DNA of 64,000 nucleotides, from positions 30,892 through 94,891 of IMG/VR virus record IMGVR_UViG_3300020192_000010, one strand, 5' to 3'. The notes below the pieces were generated by a model that saw nothing but the letters and a program-made list of their open reading frames with translations, searched no databases and was not told where the DNA came from. The position numbers and the translations under genes are program-made. Below are positions 47,444 to 57,400 of the stretch, one piece after another (within the stretch, counting starts at the first letter, position 1; every line of letters begins with the position of its first letter). The stretch comes from a virus.

Positions 47444-48520
47444 TTACTGTCCTGGTTTCTCTAATTTTTGAGCAATTTCACCGACAAACAAATCAACCAA
47501 TTCAGCTTTGGAGTTAACTGTATCGCCCATAATCTTATGCGGAATATAAGTGGTACTTGGATAATGATTTCTAGAGTTGTTATCTGTAATGGCCTTCACA
47601 ACATTTTTAAACGATTGAGTCTGCATCATATCGTTTTTCTTAGTTGCAAGTTGTGAATAGCGGGACACTGCCCAGTTAGCAATTTGATTAGCTGTATCGG
47701 AGACAGCAAACCCTTCTTCCCAGTTACCATTTTCTTGTTCTGTTCCGAATGCACCGTTTGGCTTTAGATTATGAGTAATCTTGCTGCTCTTAGGAGCTGA
47801 AGGTCCACCAAACAGACCTGGAGATGTTTCTCCGTGTGGACCGGTTCCACCAACAACTCCTCGACCGAGGGCTCCAGCCTTAGCCTTTGCTACACCAATC
47901 AAGAATGTCTTGAAAATGAACTTAAGTACTTTGCCAAGAAATGTTTTAGCTACTGAAGGAGAAATGAGAAGTTTGAGTGGCTTTAGAAGCAAATCAATTG
48001 CTCCGGATGTTTTGTTGATAGAAGATTGTATAATCATCTGATCTCTAAACATCTCTTGAAGAGTGCTCATCTTCTTTAGCAATCTTTCAGTTTGCTCGGC
48101 CGTAACGTGGTCGGATGCCTGGGCAACGCCACCAAGAATAGAATCGACTCCCTTATCAACATCGCTGCCCGAGACTGTTTTCTTTGTTTGTAGCGTTTGA
48201 ACAATGTAGTTCTTTATTTTTTCAAACACATCGCCAAAACTAAATCCAAGAAGCTCGCTTGCAACGAAATAGATAAGTCCAAGCCACCACGGTGTAAAAA
48301 TCGTAACCAACCCAGTCGCAGTGAAATTGATGATGCTTTTGATCGGGTTCTCTGGATCCCACATCTTAGCGGCCTCGGCCCATAGACCAGAAGCAACAGA
48401 CTGAAATACCTCAGTGACGCCCGCTACCTTGTTGAGTGGCGATTCTTCAGACGCAGTTGTACCCATATATTTTTCAATAAGTGATGCATCGGTTAGATAG
48501 TTTGCGTCGATTAGTGCCAT
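47444..48520 (-). CDS. Putative inner-head/ejection protein with hydrophobic segment
   Basis: FTATGLVTIFTPWWLGLIYFVASELLGF and an amphipathic basic helix. NKVA and NKTS motifs. Confidence 0.55.
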   Translation of the reverse strand: MALIDANYLTDASLIEKYMGTTASEESPLNKVAGVTEVFQSVASGLWAEAAKMWDPENPIKSIINFTATGLVTIFTPWWLGLIYFVASELLGFSFGDVFEKIKNYIVQTLQTKKTVSGSDVDKGVDSILGGVAQASDHVTAEQTERLLKKMSTLQEMFRDQMIIQSSINKTSGAIDLLLKPLKLLISPSVAKTFLGKVLKFIFKTFLIGVAKAKAGALGRGVVGGTGPHGETSPGLFGGPSAPKSSKITHNLKPNGAFGTEQENGNWEEGFAVSDTANQIANWAVSRYSQLATKKNDMMQTQSFKNVVKAITDNNSRNHYPSTTYIPHKIMGDTVNSKAELVDLFVGEIAQKLEKPGQ

Positions 48521-48529
48521 GATGTCCTT

Positions 48530-50098
48530 TCAGCGAGTCCTGTCGGTAGCGGCTACTATGGTTGCGTTTTTCTCTAACTTCGTTAGAAGATCCTTCCAAC
48601 CCATGAAAATTTGCTGCTGATCAGAAATGAAAGATTTATTTTGAATCAATTCAAATTCGAGAGCGTAAACTCTGTTGATGATGTAATTGAGTACATTGGC
48701 CGTGTTAGCTACGTGCTGAGCCGTATTACTTCCAGGCTTCAGTACCGCTGCCTTGAATGCATCAACCGAATTAGTTCCGGTGCTGCTTTGAAGATCATGA
48801 ATATGAATACTTGTTTTAACAAGTAAACGTAATACACTTTCTACGTTCTTCAATCCATCTACAGTGAGCGCATGAATGATTTGCATTTTATCTTCCAGAA
48901 TTGGGTCTCCAACAGGAGCGCCGATCTGTGCTGATAGCATCTGTTTAAATTTTTCTTGATTCTGCTTAATCGTCTCTTGAACAACAATAAAGAATCGTTT
49001 AATGATAATTACATCTAGAGGGTCGCCTAGCGGATTCATTCCACCAAGTGCGCTCTTGATTGTCGCAAGCATCTGGCCTGGTTTGCCCTGCTCGTTACTA
49101 TTGCCAGTACCAGTACCGCCAATATTACAAGGAAGCTGACTTAAATATTGAATATACATCTTTCGAACGTTGTCAGCCATAACTCGCGTTTTAGCCCTAT
49201 CCATAAGATAGCTAACAAACTTACATACGCCTTCGTTAGATTCGACGTCGAATGCCTGCGGCTGATCGTTTTCTTTGACGTTACGGAACTGTATTCCCTT
49301 TTCCTTAAGGAACTTAGCTACAGATTCAATGCTCTTTAGAACTTCTCCAGTTACCTGATGACGACCTTCTCCTGCGGCGGGTTGATCAATCAGTAGAACA
49401 TCTGGAAGAATATCGAATGTAAGCTTGTCTGTTTCAGGGTTACCAGGAGCGTGTCCTGGTTGCTGTCCAGGTTGACCTGGTTGCTGTCCAGGTTGACCTG
49501 GCTGGCTTGGCAAACTTGGTTTTACAATACCGAGCTTGAGTGCGTTATTCGCTTCATCTACTAGTTTGCCTAGCATGACCTTAGCTATTTGATTTTTCTC
49601 GCTCTCAGCTTGCTGCTGTAACGTTTGAAGAAACTGTGTTAAACGCGGTTTACTAACCTGAAACTTGAGACCGTCCTTTGTGACGTACTCGGCGTAAGAG
49701 GCTTTCTCTGCTTCCGGTACGGCGCCAATCCATTCAGATGCTTGTGGGCTATCGCGGAAAGCGATCTTGTCGCCCTTCTTATTCTTACGAATAAAGAAAA
49801 TAAGCGAATCTAGATCTTTGATATCCTTAGGTAGGACGTCTTTCGATGCTGCTTCTAGATTGTCTAGCAACTTGAGCGCAACAGCCGCTGCGCGCGAGGC
49901 CATGTTATCTCTGGTTTTGGCGTCAACGGGTGTGGCTGGAGTCGCGTCCGATGCCGGATTCGCAACAGCAGAATCAGGAGCGTTTGTAGCTGGAACGCCA
50001 GTCGTAGCCGGAGCTGTCTGGGCCTTCTTCTGGAATTTGTTTTCAAATTCCAGCCCAATATCCATCAATTGTTTCTTTATGTCATACACGAAACTCAT
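48530..50098 (-). CDS. Hypothetical head-region protein
   Basis: 522 aa with QKKAQ motif and a QPGQ linker. Confidence 0.7.
   Translation of the reverse strand: MSFVYDIKKQLMDIGLEFENKFQKKAQTAPATTGVPATNAPDSAVANPASDATPATPVDAKTRDNMASRAAAVALKLLDNLEAASKDVLPKDIKDLDSLIFFIRKNKKGDKIAFRDSPQASEWIGAVPEAEKASYAEYVTKDGLKFQVSKPRLTQFLQTLQQQAESEKNQIAKVMLGKLVDEANNALKLGIVKPSLPSQPGQPGQQPGQPGQQPGHAPGNPETDKLTFDILPDVLLIDQPAAGEGRHQVTGEVLKSIESVAKFLKEKGIQFRNVKENDQPQAFDVESNEGVCKFVSYLMDRAKTRVMADNVRKMYIQYLSQLPCNIGGTGTGNSNEQGKPGQMLATIKSALGGMNPLGDPLDVIIIKRFFIVVQETIKQNQEKFKQMLSAQIGAPVGDPILEDKMQIIHALTVDGLKNVESVLRLLVKTSIHIHDLQSSTGTNSVDAFKAAVLKPGSNTAQHVANTANVLNYIINRVYALEFELIQNKSFISDQQQIFMGWKDLLTKLEKNATIVAATDRTR
49455..49501. 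repeat. 21-bp tandem repeat encoding QPGQQPG
   Basis: cctggttgctgtccaggttga twice, plus a partial copy. Confidence 0.85.
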
Positions 50099-51192
50099 GA
50101 CGCGGCTCCTTGACTAGCTGTGAGTCTTTCTCGAATAAACTTTATCGCACTACCTAACTCTTCCGGAGTGTTATTAGCGATGTTGTTAGCCTTTAAAAAT
50201 GAATTAAAACTATCAATTGTTTGAAGGTCGTTAAGCGTAAGCTTTGCGTATCCAGCGAGAGGCCCGCGCGCTTCATCATCATCCAGATTAAGTGACAACG
50301 GCATCTTGCCGTTATTAGTAATAACAGTCTTCTCTACGTCGTTCAAAGGCTTACGAACAGATCCTAGCAATGGTTTGTCTTGACTGATGTAGCTAGCCCA
50401 TGATGGATTTTCCATAACGCGTTGATTGAACTTTGCAACCATTTCTGTCATAGCTTTAATATTAGCAGATAATTGCTGGGCCAACTTTGCTTTGTTTGGC
50501 AACGTTGAAAGTTTATCGTCATCTTGCGGAATTTTTGCACGAAAATCAGCTATGAATTTTTTTATAAATCCAGGAGATTCTTCTCCTGCGCCCATATCTA
50601 ATGCAAACGATCCGATCATTGACATAAATTCAGAAATTGCTTTAATAGCATTATTCGTACGCGGGCCCCATATACCGTCTGCTTTATATTCGCCATTTCT
50701 ATGCGAACCAATAATCTGAAGCGTCTCTACAAGATTACGCATGCTCTTGATTTCGTTTTGATTCAAAGAGGACTGTCGCTCCTTTGTGCTCAACCCATCA
50801 GTCTTCACATAAGCTTTCGAACCGGCATCATTCGTATAATGATCGAATATAAAACTGTTAACTGCATCGTGCCCGCCAAGATAACCAGCAGTATTAGATT
50901 GTTGCGTGCCGGTGCCGGTGGGCTTGCTTTTGAATGCATCGGTACCGGCTGCTACTTGTCCGAAATTAAGAATAGACTTTTGCATTTCTGCAACAGCTGC
51001 GAAATCGGCGGGAGCAACATGCTCTTTAACTCGCGTACCTGTACCGTTGGTTTCATTATTTGGTACAGCTGGTCCCACAGTCGGTTTACCTTTATTCGTA
51101 TTCGATATCCCAGTCTGAGCTTTGCCTCCTGGCGCAATCTCCGCTGTAGGATCTGCTGCCGTATCTTTAGCACGTTCATCTAATTTTTTCAT
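50095..51192 (-). CDS. Head-region protein with peptidoglycan-binding-like motif
   Basis: ADGIWGPRTNNAI matches the PG_binding_1 D-G-x-x-G-x-x-T motif. Confidence 0.6.
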   Translation of the reverse strand: MKKLDERAKDTAADPTAEIAPGGKAQTGISNTNKGKPTVGPAVPNNETNGTGTRVKEHVAPADFAAVAEMQKSILNFGQVAAGTDAFKSKPTGTGTQQSNTAGYLGGHDAVNSFIFDHYTNDAGSKAYVKTDGLSTKERQSSLNQNEIKSMRNLVETLQIIGSHRNGEYKADGIWGPRTNNAIKAISEFMSMIGSFALDMGAGEESPGFIKKFIADFRAKIPQDDDKLSTLPNKAKLAQQLSANIKAMTEMVAKFNQRVMENPSWASYISQDKPLLGSVRKPLNDVEKTVITNNGKMPLSLNLDDDEARGPLAGYAKLTLNDLQTIDSFNSFLKANNIANNTPEELGSAIKFIRERLTASQGAAS

Positions 51193-52559
51193 TGAGATTT
51201 TCCAAGCGCCTTGAGCACAGAATTGTACACAGCGTCTGCATATGTAATTAATTCCGTCGTGCTATTGAAAGATGATTTGCCACGGAAAATGTTCAGGTTT
51301 TTACACTTTTCAGATAACTGATCTTTAGAGATAGATACTTCTTTAATACTCTCTAGAGATTTATACAGTTCTGAAAAACCTTTGAAAGCCGATTCAGCAC
51401 GATCAAATGCCATATCAAAAATGTTTATTTTTGCCGTATCGTTATCTGGAATAGGCTCATAGATTTTGTCTTCTTGATCAAGAAGAGTCTTGAACTTATT
51501 CATGCTGGTCGCAACAACGTTCTTAAATTCTTGAACCGTTCCATCCAAAACTGTATTTCCAGATACAGGCTTCTCTTCCTTTTTTGGATCAACAATCTTC
51601 TGATTCTCTTGCCACTTACCAGGGTTCTTGAACGATACCTTGTCCTTGTCATCAACTGGTGGAATCCAGTTCTGACCTTTCTCGATGCTCCAAGAAATGC
51701 TCTCTAGGTCCTTATAAATTCCTTGAAGCATTCCGATTGCTACGAGTGAAGTATCATCATCTTTGAAAACCTGACTATCAAATGTACCGCTCTGCTTTGA
51801 GGTCTTGAAGTACTCTTGGAATTTACGCAATGCATTAAGGAACTTTGGAATCGTTTCCGTTTTGCTTTGAAGCGCTTCTCTTTTGATGATATCCAGAGAA
51901 GGCATAAATGTATCGGTTATCTGTCTTGTCAAACTCTGAACACCAGCCTCTTCAGCGATACCTTTTTTACTGAATACTTGAATCAGCTGGCTGAAACGAT
52001 CTTTAATACTGTCGATGATGCTTGCGTATGCGGTACCCGCTTCTGCGGATGGCGCCGCTTCACTTACTAAAAAACTTGTACCAGACCCAATCAAAGCAAG
52101 CTTTACTTGGTTGATAACATCGTTCTTAATAGCCGCACTCTTAGTTGCTACCTCTACAGACTTCTTGTGCTCTGCAATAAGATCTTCAACTACACCGTGG
52201 CCCCCTTGAGATTCTGCGACCTCAGGGCTTCCTTCAGGGTGAGCGAACTCTAGAAGATCTTCTCCGGTTTCATCGTGTACGTTGTACAGATGTACTTCGG
52301 CCTGCTTAAGTTGAACGATGCGATCTTCAACCTTCTCCGCATAAGCAGCAAAGCCTTTGGAACGTAGCCCGGCGCAAAGCTTGAAAAGGTTTTCTTGAAC
52401 GTTGTCAGATGGCTCAAGGTTGACTTCTGGCTTGGCTTCAGCTGCGCTTTTCATAACCTTAGTTATGTGTGAAGCTTCCTTGAAAATTCCTTTTTGGAAA
52501 GCATCCTTGACGAGATTGCTCATCGTCTCACTGTGTTCAAATTTATTTTTAGACGTCAT
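51189..52559 (-). CDS. Putative inner-head protein
   Basis: Multiple KxA motifs. AHPEG...GVVEDLIAEHKKSVEVA is shared with the scaffold. Confidence 0.6.
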   Translation of the reverse strand: MTSKNKFEHSETMSNLVKDAFQKGIFKEASHITKVMKSAAEAKPEVNLEPSDNVQENLFKLCAGLRSKGFAAYAEKVEDRIVQLKQAEVHLYNVHDETGEDLLEFAHPEGSPEVAESQGGHGVVEDLIAEHKKSVEVATKSAAIKNDVINQVKLALIGSGTSFLVSEAAPSAEAGTAYASIIDSIKDRFSQLIQVFSKKGIAEEAGVQSLTRQITDTFMPSLDIIKREALQSKTETIPKFLNALRKFQEYFKTSKQSGTFDSQVFKDDDTSLVAIGMLQGIYKDLESISWSIEKGQNWIPPVDDKDKVSFKNPGKWQENQKIVDPKKEEKPVSGNTVLDGTVQEFKNVVATSMNKFKTLLDQEDKIYEPIPDNDTAKINIFDMAFDRAESAFKGFSELYKSLESIKEVSISKDQLSEKCKNLNIFRGKSSFNSTTELITYADAVYNSVLKALGKSQ

Positions 52560-52635
52560 GCGCTAGCTCCAATGGGCAAAACCTAAAGGTATACCCTAAA
52601 TATAGTATAATACACTACTTGGCTCGTGTTTTATA

Positions 52636-52772
52636 TTCCAGGGTTCCATTCTTCTGTGAACTACCTCGCCCTAAAGGGCGAGGCTTCTGAAAGTATCCGG
52701 CGAATTTATTTCGCCGGATATCGCAAGGCTCGTCCCGAGCCTTCTAACATTTATTGCCGCATTAATATCTCT
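52636..52772 (-). ncRNA. Putative orphan omega-RNA with ~20-nt guide AGAAGAAUGGAACCCUGGAA
   Basis: In TnpB systems the scaffold overlaps the tnpB 3' end and the guide is the flank just past the right end (here after TTCAC at 52656). Expression is inferred, not shown. Confidence 0.55.
52656..52772 (-). mobile_element. IS200/IS605-family right-end remnant: last codons of tnpB plus omega-RNA scaffold, no full tnpB
   Basis: Minus strand from 52772 reads RDINAAINVRRLGTSLA...RSLAL* (TnpB RuvC-III motif RDxNAAxN). Three perfect stems at 52725-52743, 52694-52720 and 52664-52683. Ends GAAGCCTCGCCCTTTAGGGCGAGGTAGTTCAC. Confidence 0.85.
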
Positions 52773-53460
52773 AAAGCCACAAAAATTGCAACGTGCCGAA
52801 AGTAGGGCTAGGAGGCGCAATACAAATAGCCACTGCCGGATGCTTATCGGTGGGCTGACGAGATGTTAAAAGGCCAACTTCGCTTACGAAAAGGTTACAA
52901 TTAAGCGGGTAAGTTTGATTCGTTTCATAGATATCGGTCTCGGCAATGAACCGCTGAAACCATATTGTTACACGACCAGAACCGGCTGTCGAGTCGTCGC
53001 CGATAACATTTGGTATTTGATATCTATAAGATACGAAAGTTCTTATAGAGTCTGGCGTTCCGGAGCTTGTACTGTCATAATTAAGTTCCGTACCGGCTGG
53101 GAACGTTATTACACCATTACGTGTGTTCAACGTAACTGTTACTGTCGAAGTAAATGATCCTGGTATTACGTTTGGATTATCCAAATCCGCCCTAATATCA
53201 GCGGTCGATACATATTTGTTCGCTGAGTTAAGTATACCATCAGCCGGTACAATACGTGTTTCATTCCAAGCCGAAGCTGTAAAAGCTCTGGTTTTGAAAT
53301 CATCTATGATACCGATTGGAATTAATCCGTCACTAACTCCACATACAATCTGGTTACCAGAGGTAGTTAGCTGTGCACATTGTCCCGGTTCGAACTCAGA
53401 CGAAGGGTCGACAATGAAGCTAAATGGGATTGAATTGCCCGTCTGTATAATTCTAAGCAT
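52771..53460 (-). CDS. Decoration-protein paralogue
   Basis: MLRIIQTG and STAGSGRVTIW match ALKLLQPG and TAAGSGKITLW of 45248..45913. Confidence 0.6.
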   Translation of the reverse strand: MLRIIQTGNSIPFSFIVDPSSEFEPGQCAQLTTSGNQIVCGVSDGLIPIGIIDDFKTRAFTASAWNETRIVPADGILNSANKYVSTADIRADLDNPNVIPGSFTSTVTVTLNTRNGVITFPAGTELNYDSTSSGTPDSIRTFVSYRYQIPNVIGDDSTAGSGRVTIWFQRFIAETDIYETNQTYPLNCNLFVSEVGLLTSRQPTDKHPAVAICIAPPSPTFGTLQFLWL

Positions 53461-53481
53461 CTTAATCTCATATATCGAAGA

Positions 53482-53850
53482 TTACGCTTCGTCGTCAAAC
53501 GTCATCATTTCTTGAACCTTAGAGGCGTCTTCTGGATGAATAACTAGATCATCCTCCGTCTCCGACGGTTCATCTGTTGGAGACAACAAAGCTGATGTCT
53601 GCAATAGATTTTGTTTTAGCTTTTCAGAGTCGCCCTCAGCGTAGGCTTCGAGCAATTCAGTTAAAAGGGTTGCTTCGCGAACTTGACCCTTATCTTCAAA
53701 GGCCTCTGCAAGAGCTGCTATGGCATCTAAGGACCGAAGAACATAAGCTTGGTTTTCAAGCTGAGCTTCTTCATGAGAGGCGGATTTTATCAACCCTTTC
53801 TCCATCTCTTCAGCGATATCGTTACCAGAAAACTTCTTATCATAAATCAT
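53482..53850 (-). CDS. Small acidic head-region protein
   Basis: IKSAS and LAEAFEDKGQVREA motif. GAGGAG RBS. Confidence 0.7.
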   Translation of the reverse strand: MIYDKKFSGNDIAEEMEKGLIKSASHEEAQLENQAYVLRSLDAIAALAEAFEDKGQVREATLLTELLEAYAEGDSEKLKQNLLQTSALLSPTDEPSETEDDLVIHPEDASKVQEMMTFDDEA

Positions 53851-53898
53851 GTAAACTCCTCATTACTCTATACCAACCTATGCGAAGGCTAGTAATAG

Positions 53899-53932
53899 AA
53901 AAAGGAGACGCCGTTGAGAGCATCTCCCTTTT
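53899..53932 (-). terminator. Rho-independent terminator
   Basis: Minus strand GGAGATGC-TCTCAACG-GCGTCTCC-TTTTT. Confidence 0.7.
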
Positions 53933-53952
53933 CAAATTTTCAAACGCGTGAG

Positions 53953-54486
53953 TTACTTCTTTTTCGAGTCAGACTTATCGGACTTCTTATCGTCCTTTTT
54001 GTCTTTCTTGTCGTCTTTTTTGTCGTCTTTTTTGGCGAAAGGATTAACACCTTTCTTAGGCTTCGCGTCGTTCTTATCGGACTTGTCGTCCTTCTTTTTG
54101 TCGTCAGCCTTTTTCTTATCGGACTTTTTTGCTTCGTCCTTTTTCTTGGCTTCGACAATAATGTAGTTAACTAGGTTTAAGCTAAGTGCTGCGGTTTTTT
54201 CTAGCCCAACCTCATCCAACACTTCAGACACTTTTCGGAGGTTGTTTAGAGCTTGGCTCACTGCCGCTTCTAGGGTTAATGTTCCGTCGTCTGCTTTCGC
54301 AGTATCGGACTCTGGTTTATCTTCTTTTTTATGGTCGTGATCCATCTTGCAATCATCGGCACACATCTCTTCAGATGCTTCCTTGGTAAGAACAGAAGCC
54401 TTCTTAAAAATGGCCTCGAAGTTCTTGTCGTTCATGATGGCGTCCATATCAGATGCTAGCGCCTCTTCGAAATTAGACTTTTTCAT
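53953..54486 (-). CDS. Head-region protein with Lys/Asp low-complexity tail
   Basis: KKAS, KEAS and KTAA motifs, VSEVLDEVGLEKTA, and KKDDKK repeats. Confidence 0.75.
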   Translation of the reverse strand: MKKSNFEEALASDMDAIMNDKNFEAIFKKASVLTKEASEEMCADDCKMDHDHKKEDKPESDTAKADDGTLTLEAAVSQALNNLRKVSEVLDEVGLEKTAALSLNLVNYIIVEAKKKDEAKKSDKKKADDKKKDDKSDKNDAKPKKGVNPFAKKDDKKDDKKDKKDDKKSDKSDSKKK

Positions 54487-54497
54487 ATTGTCTCCTA

Positions 54498-57400
54498 TTA
54501 GTAGCGGCGGTTTGCAAATGCGCGGTTTAGACTTGAGAACAAGTCATCTGGTTCCGCAGATGCCGTTGGCTCGTCGTTTCCGAGAAGACCAACTTGTGGT
54601 ACGCGAGATGCTTCCTTCTTAATGGAGAGCGGTGCGTGGCGAGCTACTACGCGCTTGAGGCTATCAAATGCGTCGTCGTTGTACTTCATGATCTCATCGA
54701 CCTGTGAAGAAAGTACGGAGGCGTCGCGGCTGCAAAGTCCACGATCAACCATTTCATATGCAAGACCGAATGCGCGAGCAACCTTTACCTTGTATGCGCC
54801 CATTTCCTCTTCAAGCTTCGCCTTCGCGTGCTCCTTGACGAGTTCATTTGCGTATTCTGATCCGCCCTCTGCGTCATTCCAAAGTTCATGGTAGAACTTC
54901 GCAACAGCTGGGTCGAGTCCGTGTGCAACAAGGGCGTCGACATCTTCGTTAGCAAGCTTGCCTGCCTTGACGAGGTCAACCAATTCCTGAGCTTCCTTGC
55001 GGACCTTAGGTGGTGCAGTTGCTACATCAAGCATCGCCTTGTGCTTCTCTTGAATAGTTTCAACTTCGCCGAGATCACCAGCATCAGACTTGTGAACAAG
55101 ATGCTTGTGTGCGTCATTAAGGATTGGGTTAAACTTGCCGGAATCTGCGGCAAGCTTCATACGATATGCAGTACGACCCTCACGAGTCGACAGATCAAAT
55201 TCAGCCATTTTTACCTCAGTCCCTGGTGGAAGCTTCGCTACATCTTCTGGCTTAAGAGTAAGAGTGGCTGCGCTGTTTGCGTCAGATGCATCTAGGCTAA
55301 GTAGCGCATCGTCTTCGCCGTTCATCACTGGACCTGGCGTAGGTGTTTCAAGTCCGGCAAGTCCTGCTGCTGGATCTGCCTTTGTTGCTCCTGGAGCAAC
55401 TTGGCCTGCGAGACCTGGACCTGGAGCTGGCTTCACTGGTGCGCCTGCTGGAGGTAAAGTGTCTGCATCGAGAGCGTCGCCCATCTCTGGGTCCATCGCC
55501 TCTTGTTCATCCATCTGGCTAAGAAGGCTGTCGATCTTTTCATCAAGACCTTCATTTGCAACGTTGGTCATCTCGGTCTCCTGTGATGCACTCTTGAGAA
55601 CTGCTTCCGTTCCGCGTGCATAATTTACGAATGAACCAAGAAGCTCGCGACCCTCGGCAATGGATGCTTTGGTATCAGCGATAGCGTCTGTTGCCAAAGA
55701 TTCTACATAGGCACGATTTGCATCGTTGACGCTGTTATCCTGATAAAGCCCACCGACTAGGTCGAGTTCATCTGTGTGCTCTGCAAGCTCGCTTGCTACT
55801 TTCGTAACGCCGTATAGAATTGCGGAACTTAGTTCAAAACGCATCTTCTGAAGAGATGCCGTTGCTGGTGCAAGTTCTGGTGCTGCTCCTGCGTCGCCTG
55901 GGACTTCGTCCTTAAGCAACTCGCCAACCTCTTGAAGGTCGCTTGCAAGATTCTTTGCGTCGGTTGCGAGACCAAGAATCTGGTCTGCTGGGCTACCGTC
56001 GCCGCCCTGATTTGCTTCGTCCATAGACTCTGCGCCTGGCATTCCGCCTGGTGCTGGCATTTCTGGAGCTGCTGCTGGAGGAGCTGCTGCTGGAGGAGCT
56101 GCCATTTCGCCATCGGCCTTCGTGTAAAGAGAAGCTGCCTTCTCGATACCGATTTCCTTTACCTTCTCAAGCATCTTGGTGCCGTATGTCTTGGTTGCGA
56201 TTACATCGTAAAGCGCATCGACACGGTTTCCAGTAAGAGCCTTTACAGAAGCATTAATGACAAGCTTGTCATTAACAAAAATTTGCCATGCAGAAGCTGC
56301 ACGATCAAGCTCACCATCTGGTGTTGCTGCCTTTACGAACTTGGCAGAGAAGCTTGCGCGGCTAAGCATTTCCTTACGCTTCAATTCATCCTTCTGCGAA
56401 ACAGAAGAAGGAGATGGGTGAAGTCCATCGACTTTACCGACGCCTGGAAATGGTGGCTGACCAAGCATGTGCTTATGCTCGGAGCGAACCTTCTCATTCA
56501 GCGGATCGACTGAATATTGTGGCTTACCATTGGCCGTTGGCTCTTCGGTTCCTTGAAACCATGCACCCTTAGAAAGGGTCGCCTTCGCTTTGATAAGTGC
56601 AGCTTCACGGCGCTCGGCGCGCAGAAGCAGCTTCTTCTTTTCCAAATCGCCTGGTTTCATACCATCGACAGAACCCATGTTCTCAACGTCCTTCATGTAG
56701 CTGTGCTCCATGCGGGCTTTTTCGTTGCCGGACTCTGCTGGGTACTGAGTTGTACCTGGCTTTGGTTCCTCTGTTCCCTGGTGATACGACTTTTTTTCCA
56801 TATTCATGTCCCTTGATTCCATATTTAGCTTGATAAGCTTGTCAAAGTTTTCTTCAATCTTTGAAAGTTTCTGTTGAATAGTCTCTTTCAAAGAGTTAAA
56901 TTGCTGCCTCAACACATCATTATCATCAGATGAAGCTGTAACAGATTCCAAATTATCCGTAATTTTTACTTCTTCTGAAAGATTTTCTGTATTTTCAACA
57001 GTTGATTCCGCCGAAGCTGCCTTATTAAGGTCTTCTTCGCCACTCGTATCGGTCACTTCCGTAGATTTACCCGAACCTTCGAACTCTCGAATGAGAGCAT
57101 CTAACCCTTCCTTGATCTGGCTGACGATCTGGTTTTTGGCCGTTACATCAGTGTCCTTCAAAGATTTGAGTTCAATTTCCGCTTCTTCTGCGCGCTGATT
57201 TAGATAATTTGCAGAAGCAAGAATATGGCGGATCTTGGCTTGTGGATCGGCTCCATTAACAACAATCGAAAGTTCGATTGGTTGAAGATCCATATTAATT
57301 TCTCCGTAGCAAGACTTCGTACGCATATGATTGCAGAAGTCATGTTCGGTGCGGGCTACCGTTCCGCAGTCAGAGCATATTGCTCGACCTACTGCCGTAC

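Noticed and set aside
52664-52743. Triple hairpin read as a simple terminator or tRNA
   Set aside because: There is no U-tract or cloverleaf. The TnpB C-terminal codons and IS-type end explain it better.
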